From a virus: a DNA stretch of 64,000 nt. Each line of letters opens with the position of its first letter. Position 1 is the stretch's first letter. The stretch is from positions 32,001 through 96,000 of the IMG/VR virus record IMGVR_UViG_3300014158_000003; one strand, 5' to 3'. A program made the translations under genes and the position numbers. The notes below the pieces were generated by a model that saw only the letters and a program-made list of their open reading frames with translations, did no database searches and was not told the origin of the DNA. Positions 46,411 through 56,516 of the stretch are shown here, piece after piece.

Positions 46411-48468
46411 CTACTCTGCCGCCCGGCCGAACCCCTCGACGCGCCTCGACTTCTTCGCCCCGCGAGCGCCCCCACCCACGTTCACGCCGCCCGAGGGCTC
46501 GCCCGAGTGCCGGTCGTAGAGATGCTTGGCCGCGTTGAGGTCCTGGTCGTAGACCTGCCCGCACGCGAAGCAGGTGACCGGGATCTGCGGCAGCGGGTCA
46601 GACGACTCGCCGCCGCAGCCGTGGTGCTCGACCGTGATCCGCTCGCTCGGCGCCCGGTGCACGTTCGCCTCGCCGAACGCCGCCTCGAGCGCGTCTACCA
46701 GCTCGCTCACGCACGCGAGCACGCGGTTGCTGTTGCCGCGCACCTCTTGCTCGGTGCGGGTGTCGGCCTCGGGGTCCGGCGTCTCGGCCGTCTCGGACTT
46801 GTTCCACTGCTCGATGACGACGCGCTCGTAGCGGGCGGCCAAGTCGCGCGCGTAGCACCGGTAGCGGTCTCTCCTCGACCGGCGCAGGCGCAGGTCGTTG
46901 TTCCTGGCCCAGTTGACGAGGTGCCGGTCCTTGGCCCGCCACCAGTCGAGGTAGACCGCGAGCACCTGGTCCGCGCTCACGACCCCGCGCCCGGCGAGCC
47001 ACGCCTTGATCTCGTCGAGCGGCCCGAACAGGTCCAGCTTCGGCGACCGCTCGAGTCGCCACGCCTTCCAGAGCGCGGGCACGTCGACCCCGCGCGCCTC
47101 GAGCCAATCTCTGCGCAGGTCCAGAGCCACCCGCGCGAGCCGACCGTGGCTGCGCCAGGCGTGCACCGTGTCGAGCGACCAGGCGGCGACCTGCTCGGGC
47201 GAGAACAGGCTGCGCTCGCCCCCCTTGAACCAGCCGGCCAGAGCGTCCCTGACCGCGAGGAAGTGCTCGTCCGCGTACGACAAGAGGCGATCGGCGAGGT
47301 CCGACCCCTCGCGGAAGGATCGCGGCAGCACCAGCCGGTCCTCCGCGCGCGAGGCGCTGCCCGACCACGGCGTCGCGACCCGCAGGTCACCGTTCTTGAG
47401 CGCGCGCCAGCCGAGGTTCAGCGCGATGGTCCCGCGCGCCCCCGCGCTCTGCGCCCGCGCCCGGTCGACCGAGTCGCAGGTCAGCTGCAGCTCGTAGTGC
47501 CACACGAGGCCGACCCGCCGCGCGACGACGTACGCCCAGCGCACCCGCGCCTCCGGGGCCATGTCCCGGTGCCACACGACCGGCAGGTGCAGCCACGTCG
47601 CCTGGTCGCCGCGCCCGGACAGGTGCAGGTGCACGACCGCGTACCGGGTGCCGTTCGCGCGCGCGGTCATGTCCGCGGGGAACTCGACGCGGACCTGACC
47701 GACCGCGGCGCCGACGACGTCGTCGGCCGAGAGCCCGCCGCCCCGGACCTGCAGCCCCACGCGCTCGCACTCGAGCCGCGAGAACGGCGGGTCCCCGGCG
47801 CACTCAGCGAACGACTTCTCCGCGGCGGCCTCCACGGCGAGGTACGTCCCGACGGCGCACCCGCACTCGGCGCGAGCGCGCTTGGCGAGCGCCTCGTGCT
47901 CCATCTGCGACCGGGTCTTTGCCTTCCACGGCTCGCCGACGGCCGGGTCGGCGAGCGCACGCTCGCGCACCGCTGCCGTGATCGCCGCGAGCACGTGCGG
48001 GCCGATTGGCCCCGGGTCGGCGCCGCGCGCGAACCGGGCGACCGCGCACGCGAAGCCCACGGCGGCCGTCACGGACTGCTTCGCCTCGCGGTACTTCTGA
48101 TCGGCGGCGCCGAACACGTCGGCAGTCGTCCGGTCGCGCGCCTCGGCGTACGCCTTCCAGGCGCCCGACCGCGCTGCACTCAACCGGCGCACCTCGGCGG
48201 CGACCGGGTGCCGCGCGCGCTCCGCGCGCGGCACGCCCGACAAGAGCCGGCGCCCCTCGACGACCGCGCGGTCGGCCGCCGCGTAGGCGGCGTGGAGGTG
48301 CGCGAGCTCGGGCGACAGGGAGTTTCGGAGGTCGCGGTACGCCGCCCGGCGCGAGCGCTCGATCTCCACGAGGCGGTTTCGGTAGCGGTGCGCGGCGCGC
48401 ACCTCGCGGTCGATGATCTGGCGCGCCTCGAGCGGCAGCGGACCGATCCCCCACTTGTAGACCAGCAT
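46411..48468 (-). CDS. cas12m: type V-M (V-U1) Cas12m-like effector with RuvC-I Asp replaced by Asn
   Basis: 685 aa; AHRYRNRLVEIER N-terminus; IALNLGWR, VVIEQW, CFACG..DQDLNAA; adjacent array; no cas1/cas2 seen. Confidence 0.8.
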   Translation of the reverse strand: MLVYKWGIGPLPLEARQIIDREVRAAHRYRNRLVEIERSRRAAYRDLRNSLSPELAHLHAAYAAADRAVVEGRRLLSGVPRAERARHPVAAEVRRLSAARSGAWKAYAEARDRTTADVFGAADQKYREAKQSVTAAVGFACAVARFARGADPGPIGPHVLAAITAAVRERALADPAVGEPWKAKTRSQMEHEALAKRARAECGCAVGTYLAVEAAAEKSFAECAGDPPFSRLECERVGLQVRGGGLSADDVVGAAVGQVRVEFPADMTARANGTRYAVVHLHLSGRGDQATWLHLPVVWHRDMAPEARVRWAYVVARRVGLVWHYELQLTCDSVDRARAQSAGARGTIALNLGWRALKNGDLRVATPWSGSASRAEDRLVLPRSFREGSDLADRLLSYADEHFLAVRDALAGWFKGGERSLFSPEQVAAWSLDTVHAWRSHGRLARVALDLRRDWLEARGVDVPALWKAWRLERSPKLDLFGPLDEIKAWLAGRGVVSADQVLAVYLDWWRAKDRHLVNWARNNDLRLRRSRRDRYRCYARDLAARYERVVIEQWNKSETAETPDPEADTRTEQEVRGNSNRVLACVSELVDALEAAFGEANVHRAPSERITVEHHGCGGESSDPLPQIPVTCFACGQVYDQDLNAAKHLYDRHSGEPSGGVNVGGGARGAKKSRRVEGFGRAAE

Positions 48469-48489
48469 TCTAGCGTTCTCCTCTCGAGG

Positions 48490-48660
48490 TCACTTGATGA
48501 GGTCCTCTCGCTTCAACTTCCTGAGCGCGCTGCGCAGGCGTTCCTTGGAGTGGTCGCTCAAGAGCACGGAGATCCCGTGCTCGAGAGCGCGCTTGACGGT
48601 GCGCGGGTCGAGCTGGGCCTCCAGCGCGATCCGCATGAGTGTGGGTCGGTCGACTTCCAT
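48490..48660 (-). CDS. small HTH-like protein upstream of cas12m
   Basis: Manual translation MEVDRPTLMRIALEAQLDPRTVKRALEHGISVLLSDHSKERLRSALRKLKREDLIK; AGGAAGG RBS. Confidence 0.7.
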   Translation of the reverse strand: MEVDRPTLMRIALEAQLDPRTVKRALEHGISVLLSDHSKERLRSALRKLKREDLIK

Positions 48661-48696
48661 CTTTGCGCCTTCCTGGTCGGGGTCCCGCCCCGCAGT

Positions 48697-49104
48697 CTAC
48701 TCGTCGAGCTCGTCGATCTGGCGCCGCAGCTCCTTCTCCGAGAGGTTGGAGAGTTTCCCGTCCTGCTTCTCGGCGAGGATCGCGAGCAGCTTCTCCTTCC
48801 TGACCTTCCTGTCCGCCCGCCTCTTCGCGTCCTCCTCCTCGGCGAGCCTCGCGTCGATGACGCACTTGACGATCTCCAGCGCGGTCTTGCGCCGGTCGTG
48901 CTCCGGCGTCCGAGCGGTCTCTACGAAGCTCTCCTCGGCGAGGTCCTTCCACGCCTTGTTGGCGGCCTTCGCGACGGCGTTGAGGTTGAAGTCGTCTTTC
49001 GACCGCAGGGGGACGTCCCAGAGCTGCTCGGTGGAGAGTTCCCCCCTGACGGACTGGAACCGGAGCTTGTTGCGGGTGGCGTACGCGAAGATGTCGGTGA
49101 CCAT
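48697..49104 (-). CDS. phage-type coiled-coil protein
   Basis: IFAYATRNKLRF..GELSTEQLWDVPL; AGGAG RBS. Confidence 0.8.
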   Translation of the reverse strand: MVTDIFAYATRNKLRFQSVRGELSTEQLWDVPLRSKDDFNLNAVAKAANKAWKDLAEESFVETARTPEHDRRKTALEIVKCVIDARLAEEEDAKRRADRKVRKEKLLAILAEKQDGKLSNLSEKELRRQIDELDE

Positions 49105-49124
49105 GGTCTCACTCCTCTGCCGGC

Positions 49125-51194
49125 TCACGCGCCGACCTTGATGTTGAACACTCGCTGCTTTCGGCCCTGGTGGACCCGGACGATGAACGACTCGCGCTTG
49201 GTCGACGAGAAGCCGAGCCCCGAGAGCTGCCCCTCGGTGGGGGCGCACTTGGTCTTGTCGCCGATGACCTCGAAGACTTTGCGGTGCGGCTCGAGGCGCG
49301 GGTGCAAGAACTCGTTATAGAAGCCGCGCGTCGGCTCGTCGTTCTTGCACCCGTCGATGAGGAAGAACGTGTGCTTGTTGCCGACCGCGCTATCGCCCCA
49401 GTAGTTCGGACTCAACATGACCGCGCTGACCTTCACGTACTGCTCGGTCGTGAGACCCCACTTCTCCTGCGAGATGTTGGCGGCGGTGATGCCCGGGTCG
49501 CCGACCTCGACCTTCTCGACGACGCCACCGCGCACGTGGAGGGTCACGACGGCGACGTCCTGTTGACCGCGAACGCCCTTGTTGTACGAGAAGTGCGAGA
49601 GCTTGCCGCCACTTTCTACTTCGACGACGAACCCCGGGTTGCTCGTCTCGCGCTGCGTGAAGTTGTTGACGACGACGCGGTACGCGCCGTCCGGAGGCGG
49701 CGCCGACCACACGACGTTCTCGACGGCCTCGCGGGTCGTGCCGTGGCCCGCGTTCATGTCGACGTCGAGCGTGCCGCCCGTCCACCCGCGCTTGTTGCGG
49801 AAGTAGATGTGGTCCTCGAACGCGTGGCGCCCGCGCCCCGGCGGCTCGTGCACGTGCAGGTCGAGGTCGTCGAAGTTGAACCAGGAGAGCGACACGCGCA
49901 GCGCCGCGCCCTCCACCTTGCCGCCGGCCTTCTTCACGCGCTCCTTGATGCTGTCCGCGACGTTGCCGCCGTAGGACCACGCGAAGTCGTTGTCCCACCG
50001 GAAGAGCTGCTTCGGCTCCGGGTGCACGGGAGCCGTCAGTGACACCAGGTTGCCGACGTGCTCGCTCTTGAAAAACAGCTCAAGGCTCGTCGTCTCGGGC
50101 AGCACCCTCGCCACGAAATCGTCGATCCCGATCGGCTCCGCGCGCTCCGCGTCGTGCTCTGCGCTCCGGCTCACCGCGGTCGCGTGCTGCATGAGCACAT
50201 CCCCGATGCCGCCCTTCATCAGCGGCTTGACGGTCCCGTCGACCCACTTCACGTCGTTGACGGACACGTCGCTGATGACGGCGAACCGCCGCTCGAGGGC
50301 GGACTCGAGGCCGAGCACCTCGATCGTCTCCATCGCCTTCTTCACCATGCCGGGCGTGATGATGGCGGTCGTGCGCTTGTAGTTCTGCGGCGCGACCTTC
50401 GTCTCGAAGGCGCGCACCGCTTGCTCGACGTCCTGGCCACCGGACAGGTCCTGCACGAGCGTGCCGATCACGGTGTTGCGGAAGCGCGCAGCGGGGTGAC
50501 CCGCGTTCGCCCACGCGAAGAGGGAGCGCCCGCGACCCTCGCTCCTCGAGAGGTACGCGCGCTGCGCGGCCATGAAATTCACGATCGCGAACTTGTGCTC
50601 CTCGCCGCGATAGAGCGCGCCAGCCTCCACGAGCGAGAGCGCGGTCTCCACCGCGCTCGGGGTCAGCTCGACCAGCCCGCGCTCGAAGACCTGCACCGTC
50701 GTGCGGTAGTCGCCGCGCACCTGGTCGGGCGTCTCCGACCGCAATTTTCTCGGGATCTCCCCCGTGTAGAGGTGCTGCCACGTGAGAGCGCGGCCGGTCT
50801 CCCTGTCGAGCGACCGCGACAGGGCCGCGCCGAAGCTCACCTCCCTCTCGCCCACGCGAAAGAGGTCGCAGACGCTCGCGGCGCGCACGACGTCCTGCAG
50901 ATACGTCGCCACCACCTGGTAGACGCCCATCCCCTCCACGGCGGCCCGGTCCCAGACCGTGTTCAGCACGCCGTCGTCGCCGATGGTCACGACAGCGCCG
51001 GCCCGGCGAATGAAGTGCCGGCAGCAGCGGCAGTCGTGCTCGGTCGACTTCTTGAAGATCGAGTCGGCGCCGGCGGGAAACGCCGCGATGTACTCCTCGT
51101 ACAGCGAGCCGACGTCCGCGACGAAGACGTCCTGGGACTTCGTCAGCTGCTGGAATGACTCCGCGACCGTCCTAGCGAACACTGAGAAATCCAT
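49125..51194 (-). CDS. large phage-type protein with YfaP/DUF2135-like domain
   Basis: HDCRCCRHF; SLSWFNFDDLDLHVHEP..LDVDMN..AVENVVW. Confidence 0.8.
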   Translation of the reverse strand: MDFSVFARTVAESFQQLTKSQDVFVADVGSLYEEYIAAFPAGADSIFKKSTEHDCRCCRHFIRRAGAVVTIGDDGVLNTVWDRAAVEGMGVYQVVATYLQDVVRAASVCDLFRVGEREVSFGAALSRSLDRETGRALTWQHLYTGEIPRKLRSETPDQVRGDYRTTVQVFERGLVELTPSAVETALSLVEAGALYRGEEHKFAIVNFMAAQRAYLSRSEGRGRSLFAWANAGHPAARFRNTVIGTLVQDLSGGQDVEQAVRAFETKVAPQNYKRTTAIITPGMVKKAMETIEVLGLESALERRFAVISDVSVNDVKWVDGTVKPLMKGGIGDVLMQHATAVSRSAEHDAERAEPIGIDDFVARVLPETTSLELFFKSEHVGNLVSLTAPVHPEPKQLFRWDNDFAWSYGGNVADSIKERVKKAGGKVEGAALRVSLSWFNFDDLDLHVHEPPGRGRHAFEDHIYFRNKRGWTGGTLDVDMNAGHGTTREAVENVVWSAPPPDGAYRVVVNNFTQRETSNPGFVVEVESGGKLSHFSYNKGVRGQQDVAVVTLHVRGGVVEKVEVGDPGITAANISQEKWGLTTEQYVKVSAVMLSPNYWGDSAVGNKHTFFLIDGCKNDEPTRGFYNEFLHPRLEPHRKVFEVIGDKTKCAPTEGQLSGLGFSSTKRESFIVRVHQGRKQRVFNIKVGA

Positions 51195-51274
51195 CGCCGC
51201 CCTCACTCAGGTCAAAATGACGCCCCGCACTCGGCGGACCCGCCGAGTGCCACGACTCTGTCGCTCCCAAGAAG

Positions 51275-51348
51275 GACCCTGCGGCACGACTCGAACGTGC
51301 GGCCCCCGGTTCCGTAGACCGGTGCTCTTCCAACTGAGCTACGAGGGT
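51275..51348 (-). tRNA. tRNA-Arg(ACG), isolated, with an imperfect acceptor stem
   Basis: TAGCTCAGTTGGAAGAGCA D-arm; ccggt ctACGga accgg; one extra base in the 3' acceptor strand. Confidence 0.78.
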
Positions 51349-51471
51349 CGAGCGGATGATGCACTCTGCTGCAGGCTGAGTCAAGCGCTCGCGTACGATT
51401 TTTCTCCGCGCGAACCTCCCACGGCTCTTACCGCGCCCACTAGGCCGCCGAAACCGGCTACGCTGCCGACC

Positions 51472-53184
51472 ATGGCGAACCAGATCACCCTGGCCTTTTC
51501 CGTCGCGACCGCGAGCACCATCTACACGCCCGCGCAGGCCGCCGCCAAGCTGAGCGCGGTCCCGCTCTTCGCGTCGGTCGGCAACGACCCGGTGCTCGGG
51601 CAAGCGCTCGGGCTCACCGTCGTCGACGACATCGTCTCCGACGGCGGCGTGACGTACACGGGCGAGGCGGGCGGGCCGTTTCTGCCGGGCGAGACGGTCA
51701 CCGACTCGCCGAGCGGCGGGACAGCCACGGTCGCCCTCGACTTGGACGGGGTGCTCTACTTCGAGCTCGGCACGGCCGTCGGCACCTTCGCGCACGGCGA
51801 CACGATCACGGGCAGCACGTCCGGCGCGACGGCGACCGTGAACAACGCGGCCGCCCTCGGCGGGCCGACGCCAACGACGCCGGGAGCGACGCGCGTGCTC
51901 GTGCTCAACATGACGGCCCTGACCTCCCCGTACGCCCCGCCGCCGTCGCCGTGCCGGCCGACCGGCCCGGTCGACCCGCCGCCGGACGCCCCGCCGCAGC
52001 TGCCGTACACGCTCACGCAGACGACGATCAACCGCTACACGCAGCTGCCGGTGACGACCCCGGCGCCCGCGCAGTACGTCGCCTTCTACTCGTCCTCCGA
52101 GCTCGACACCGACGGCGTCTCGACGACCCCGGCGATCCCGGCCGGCGCGGGCGCGCAGATCATGGCGCTCGAGTATTACGACTCGACCGGCGCCGGCCCC
52201 TTCGCGGTCTTCGCGAAGCTGATGGGCAAGTTCCCGGCGCCGGTCACGCTCGCCGGCGGCAGCGTCGACGTCGCGCAGGTGACCCAGTGCTTCATCGAGC
52301 AGGTCGGCGCGTTCGGCAACTCCGTCGGCCAGATCACCCTCTGCGCGCTCGAGGCCCCCCTGCCGGCCATCCCCGCCACCGCCACGCCCGAGGACTTCCC
52401 GGCGCTCACCGACGCCGCACAACTGACGATCGCCCGGCCGCTCGTCTACATGCCCCCCAGCTACTTCGCGCTCGCGCAGCAGCAGAACAGCGCGCCGCAG
52501 CTCGCCGGCGACTTCGTCGTCGAGCGGGGGTCGCCGACCGTGCTGACGCCGGTCAGTCAGCTCAGTGTCCTGGCGGCGACCAACGTCCTGGAGTTCGCCT
52601 CCCAGCCCGGGGTGCAGTACGAGATCGCGTCGGTCAGCGCGACGTTCGTGAAGCTCACGACGCCGTACACGGGCCTGTCGCACGCAGAACTCGCGCCGGC
52701 CGCGGAGGACCCGAGCCCGGCGCAGTCCGTGAGCGACCGGACCGACGGGGTCGTGACCTCGGCGGTCCTCGTGTCCCCCTCGCAGGCGGCGCCGCCGGAC
52801 GACGCGCACCTCTTGACCCCCCTCAGCGAGTTCACGCTGCCGCAGTCGACGGTGCCGGCGCTGACGTACTCTGCCGAGAGCGGCCCGTTCACGCCGACCG
52901 AGACCGCGGTGGGGCAGAAGAGCGGCGGCACGGCCACCGTGCTCTACGACGACCAGGGCGCCGACGCGTCCGGGACGCTCGCCTTCGCCTCGGGCTCGCT
53001 CAAGAGCGGGTTCATGCGGGGCGAGACGGTCGTCGGCAAGACGTCCGGCGCGACCGCGACTGTGGTCAACCCGAGGACGCTGGCGAGCAACCCGCAGCCG
53101 GCGAACCTGAGCGGTCTCTACGCCCGCACGCTGTCGCTCGTGCTCGGCGCCCCGGTCGTCGCGCAACCGATCACGCTGATCTGA
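51472..53184 (+). CDS. putative virion structural protein
   Basis: Four F..GET(V/I)..TSG(A/G)TATV beta repeats. Confidence 0.7.
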   Translation: MANQITLAFSVATASTIYTPAQAAAKLSAVPLFASVGNDPVLGQALGLTVVDDIVSDGGVTYTGEAGGPFLPGETVTDSPSGGTATVALDLDGVLYFELGTAVGTFAHGDTITGSTSGATATVNNAAALGGPTPTTPGATRVLVLNMTALTSPYAPPPSPCRPTGPVDPPPDAPPQLPYTLTQTTINRYTQLPVTTPAPAQYVAFYSSSELDTDGVSTTPAIPAGAGAQIMALEYYDSTGAGPFAVFAKLMGKFPAPVTLAGGSVDVAQVTQCFIEQVGAFGNSVGQITLCALEAPLPAIPATATPEDFPALTDAAQLTIARPLVYMPPSYFALAQQQNSAPQLAGDFVVERGSPTVLTPVSQLSVLAATNVLEFASQPGVQYEIASVSATFVKLTTPYTGLSHAELAPAAEDPSPAQSVSDRTDGVVTSAVLVSPSQAAPPDDAHLLTPLSEFTLPQSTVPALTYSAESGPFTPTETAVGQKSGGTATVLYDDQGADASGTLAFASGSLKSGFMRGETVVGKTSGATATVVNPRTLASNPQPANLSGLYARTLSLVLGAPVVAQPITLI

Positions 53185-53190
53185 CCGGGG

Positions 53191-53409
53191 TCACCCGCCG
53201 CCGTACGGCTTGCCGTTCGGCAGGATCTGCCGGACCTCGAACGTGAGGCCCCTGCTAAGGGCCCGCTGCTCGGCCAGGTCGGGGTCGATCTCGGGCCCGT
53301 AGACGACCCTGTACCGCCGGATCTGCCCGGCGAGGTTGGTCAGCCACTGGGAGGTCTCCCGGCACCAGATCCCGTACGGGCCGCGGTTCGTCGGTGCGTC
53401 GTCGCTCAC
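53191..53409 (-). CDS. small hypothetical protein
   Basis: GPYGIWCRETSQWL... Confidence 0.5.
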   Translation of the reverse strand: MSDDAPTNRGPYGIWCRETSQWLTNLAGQIRRYRVVYGPEIDPDLAEQRALSRGLTFEVRQILPNGKPYGGG

Positions 53410-53423
53410 TTCAGGCGCGCGCC

Positions 53424-53912
53424 TCAGTGCAGGGTGGGCGGGTGCAGCGAGAGCCACATCCACGTGGCTGTGAACGCCCCCGCGAAGGCCCCGAGCGTCG
53501 CGCCCACGAGCAGCGTGACCAGGCGCGACGCGGAGGGCACGACGGCCAGGATGGCGCGCGCCGTCAGCATCTTCACGGCCGACTCGCTCAGGCGCGTCGC
53601 GATCTCCATGAGCCTCTTTCTCTCCTCGCCGATCTCGGCGAGCTTCGCGGCCCACTCCCTGTCGTTGTTCTCGACGCGAGCGGCCAGGGTCTCGATGACG
53701 GCGATCTCGTGCGTCTGCCGCGCGTGGATCATCTCGAGCGTGACCGGCAGCTCCGGGAGCGTCTCGGCGTCGTGCAGGTCGTCGTGCGGGAGCCGGCGCG
53801 GCGTCGCGGCTGGGTCCGGGATGACGGGCCTCGGCGGGGCCGCCGGGACCGACAGCGGGAGCGGTGGCGGCAGTCCGGCGACCTTGTCGTCTCTGTCGCT
53901 ACCTCCGGTCAT
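53424..53912 (-). CDS. coiled-coil protein with C-terminal TM
   Basis: LVTLLVGATLGAFAGAFTATWMW. Confidence 0.65.
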   Translation of the reverse strand: MTGGSDRDDKVAGLPPPLPLSVPAAPPRPVIPDPAATPRRLPHDDLHDAETLPELPVTLEMIHARQTHEIAVIETLAARVENNDREWAAKLAEIGEERKRLMEIATRLSESAVKMLTARAILAVVPSASRLVTLLVGATLGAFAGAFTATWMWLSLHPPTLH

Positions 53913-54127
53913 CGCTCGACGACCCACCCTAGCCGAGACGGCCCGCGTCGCGCCGGCGAATTTTGTCCCAGATGGGCGAAAATTCGCCCGGTCGGGCGGC
54001 CGGCGCGCGGGAAGTCACGCGATCGGCCCTGGAGAAGTGGCGACTGGGTCACCGTCGACTCGACCGCTGCGGACACGTCCCAAGACTATGCTGAGCCCCG
54101 ACCGACCGGCAAGGACTCTTCGCGCGC

Positions 54128-54595
54128 TCACTTGAGATAGTGCCCGGCCGCCGCTGCGGCGAGGGCCGCCACGACCGCTAGCAGGATGTCCCACCGCCGG
54201 TCGGCCGCCTTCTCGACGCGCTTGTCCACGCTCGCCTCGAGCGCGGCCCTCTCCGCCTCCGCCTTGATCGCGCGCTCGCGCGCCTCGGCGATCTTGTCGG
54301 CCGCCGCGCGCTCGGTCGCCTCGCGCAGCTGCCGCTGCAGCTCCTCGATGTCGAACCGGTCGGTGTCGGTCCGCTCGCGCGTTCGCACCCGCTCCTGCAC
54401 GACGACGAGCGCCGGCGGCGGCGGGCGCGACGCCGAGTAGACCCGCACCTCGTGCGCGATGGCGATGGGGTCCGTGCTGTCGCGGTCGCGCAGTCGGGCC
54501 ATGGCGGCGCCCGGGTCGTCCGCGCCCACGTACTCGCGGGTGAGCTGGGCGATCTCTTCGCGGTCCTTGTCCGTCAGTTTGCGGGGAGGGGTCAC
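54128..54595 (-). CDS. coiled-coil protein with C-terminal TM
   Basis: WDILLAVVAALAAAAAGHYLK. Confidence 0.7.
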   Translation of the reverse strand: MTPPRKLTDKDREEIAQLTREYVGADDPGAAMARLRDRDSTDPIAIAHEVRVYSASRPPPPALVVVQERVRTRERTDTDRFDIEELQRQLREATERAAADKIAEARERAIKAEAERAALEASVDKRVEKAADRRWDILLAVVAALAAAAAGHYLK

Positions 54596-54648
54596 GACGC
54601 CGCGATCCTACAACGACACCGCGACCCCCCGCGACCGCGAACCTGCGC

Positions 54649-56049
54649 CTACCAGAGCGGGTCGATCGCCTCGGCGGCGGCGTCGATCGCCTCCTGGCGA
54701 AAATTGACGGCCGTGAACGCCTTCGCGAGCGTCGCGTCCACCGCCTCGAGCGTCGGCGACGTCGTCGCCGACAGGAGCGTGGAGGCGGCTGCCGAGGCCA
54801 GCTTGACGGCCTCCGGCTCGAAGAGCAGCCAGTGGGGCGCGAACGCCTTCGCGATGGCCTGCACGACGTCGGCGCAGGTCGGGCTCGGCGCCGGCGGCGC
54901 GGGACTCGGCGGCGCCGGGGTCGGTGCGGGCGGGGCCGGTGAGGTCGTGACCGGCGCACCGAGCAGCGCCGAGAAGTTCGCCCCGTTGGGGGTACCGAGC
55001 CCACAGCACACGGCGGCCGGGTAAATTCCGTTCGTCCCGCTCCCGCCGACCGGCGTGCAGGCGCTCGGGTTGCCCCAGAGCTTCTGGTCGATGGAGCCGG
55101 GACCGTTGACCCCGAGCGACGCGATGAGCCCCGCCCAGAGCGGCGCCACCGCGGACGTGCCGCCGACGACCTGCGACTGGCCCCCCTGGACGATGTCGAA
55201 CCCCGTGTTGGGGTCCGCGTTGCCGGCGACGTCGCTCACGGAGCGACCGCCGCCCTTCGGGCCGGTGCACCACGCGGCGAACGGGAAGACGGTCGAGAAG
55301 CCACCCCCGGTCCCCTCACCGCTGGCCTGCCCCGGAGTGTCGTTCCAGATGCTCGACGTCCCGTCCTGCGACGTCGCAGTGCCGCCGCACGCGAGGGAGT
55401 TCGAGCACGACGCCGGCGCGTCGACCGCGGGCTTGCCCGTACCGTCCCCGTCGTCCGCGTCGTTGTCGCCCGCGGCCGCCGTGAACGTCGTCCCCCTCGC
55501 GTTGGCCGCCGCGATCGACGCCTGGCAGGCGGCGAGGTCCGCGGGTGCCCACTGCGACTCGGCCGCGCCCCACGAGCACGAGCACGCCGCGTGACCGAGG
55601 CTCGCGCTCTTGTCGACGGCCGTGTTGATGTCCTGCGACCACAGGACCACGATCGTGGCCTGTTTCCCCGTCAGGTACTGGATGACGGCGCCCACGATCT
55701 GGATGTCGAGCGCAACCTCGACGCTGGCGTCGCCGCCGTTCGCGCCGGCGTTGGTCGTGCCGTCCACCGACACGTCCGTGATGGTCGGGACGGGCTGCCC
55801 GATGCTCGCGAAGTATTGCGTCATGTCGGACAGGACCCAGCCGCCGCCGAGCTCCACGATCCCCACCGTGCCGGGGTCGTTCAAGAACGACCCCGCCTCG
55901 AACCCGTACGCCTTCAGGATCCCCGGGACCGTCCACGGCCCCTCGCCCGAGACGTGCGCCCGGAGGTGCTCGCGCAGCGATCGTTTGGACTTCTTGTAGA
56001 AGGGTCGGAGTGCCTTTCGGAGCGTCTCGGTCGTCAGGGTGTCGGTCAC
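54649..56049 (-). CDS. S53 (sedolisin/kumamolisin-like) peptidase
   Basis: VGIVELGGG, EVALDIQ, AAAGDND, GGTSAVAPLWAG, GLGTPNG. Confidence 0.92.
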   Translation of the reverse strand: MTDTLTTETLRKALRPFYKKSKRSLREHLRAHVSGEGPWTVPGILKAYGFEAGSFLNDPGTVGIVELGGGWVLSDMTQYFASIGQPVPTITDVSVDGTTNAGANGGDASVEVALDIQIVGAVIQYLTGKQATIVVLWSQDINTAVDKSASLGHAACSCSWGAAESQWAPADLAACQASIAAANARGTTFTAAAGDNDADDGDGTGKPAVDAPASCSNSLACGGTATSQDGTSSIWNDTPGQASGEGTGGGFSTVFPFAAWCTGPKGGGRSVSDVAGNADPNTGFDIVQGGQSQVVGGTSAVAPLWAGLIASLGVNGPGSIDQKLWGNPSACTPVGGSGTNGIYPAAVCCGLGTPNGANFSALLGAPVTTSPAPPAPTPAPPSPAPPAPSPTCADVVQAIAKAFAPHWLLFEPEAVKLASAAASTLLSATTSPTLEAVDATLAKAFTAVNFRQEAIDAAAEAIDPLW

Positions 56050-56075
56050 GGGTCACCTCGTGGTGCGTTTGGGTT

Positions 56076-56516
56076 CTAGTCCGCCATCTTCAGGACTGCG
56101 TCGAACTTGGGGGGATGGTACTGCGGCGCCGCCTCGTGCACGGGAGGGGGCGCCGCGGAGGGCGCCGGCGGCGCCAGCGCGGCGGCCCCGGCGGGGGCGG
56201 GCCGTTTCGGCCACGGGTAAGCACCGCCCGCGCCCGCGCCGAGCGACCGCACGACGGTCCCCGCGTCGGCGACCGGCAGGACCGGCGCCAGCAGCCGCTC
56301 GCCGTCTTTCGCGGCGACGTACCCCCGGAGCGTCACGACGTCGTCGTGGTTCTGCGCGACGGCCACGTTGAGCTTCTCGATCCCCGCCGCGAGCTGCTCG
56401 TAGGAGACCTTCGTCACCTCGTGACTCTGGGGCTTGAAGAGCGCCGTGAGCAGCCCCGCCAGCGCCGTCAGGAATATGAACAGCTGGCGGGCGAGCCGGA
56501 GCTGGTCGGAGGTCAT
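56076..56516 (-). CDS. N-terminal TM plus coiled-coil protein
   Basis: LFIFLTALAGLLTALF. Confidence 0.65.
   Translation of the reverse strand: MTSDQLRLARQLFIFLTALAGLLTALFKPQSHEVTKVSYEQLAAGIEKLNVAVAQNHDDVVTLRGYVAAKDGERLLAPVLPVADAGTVVRSLGAGAGGAYPWPKRPAPAGAAALAPPAPSAAPPPVHEAAPQYHPPKFDAVLKMAD

Noticed and set aside
45059-46564. Repetitive ORFs over the CRISPR array
   Set aside because: They are translations of the repeats.
46411-48468. IS605 TnpB call
   Set aside because: Too long, altered RuvC-I, adjacent CRISPR array and no TnpA.
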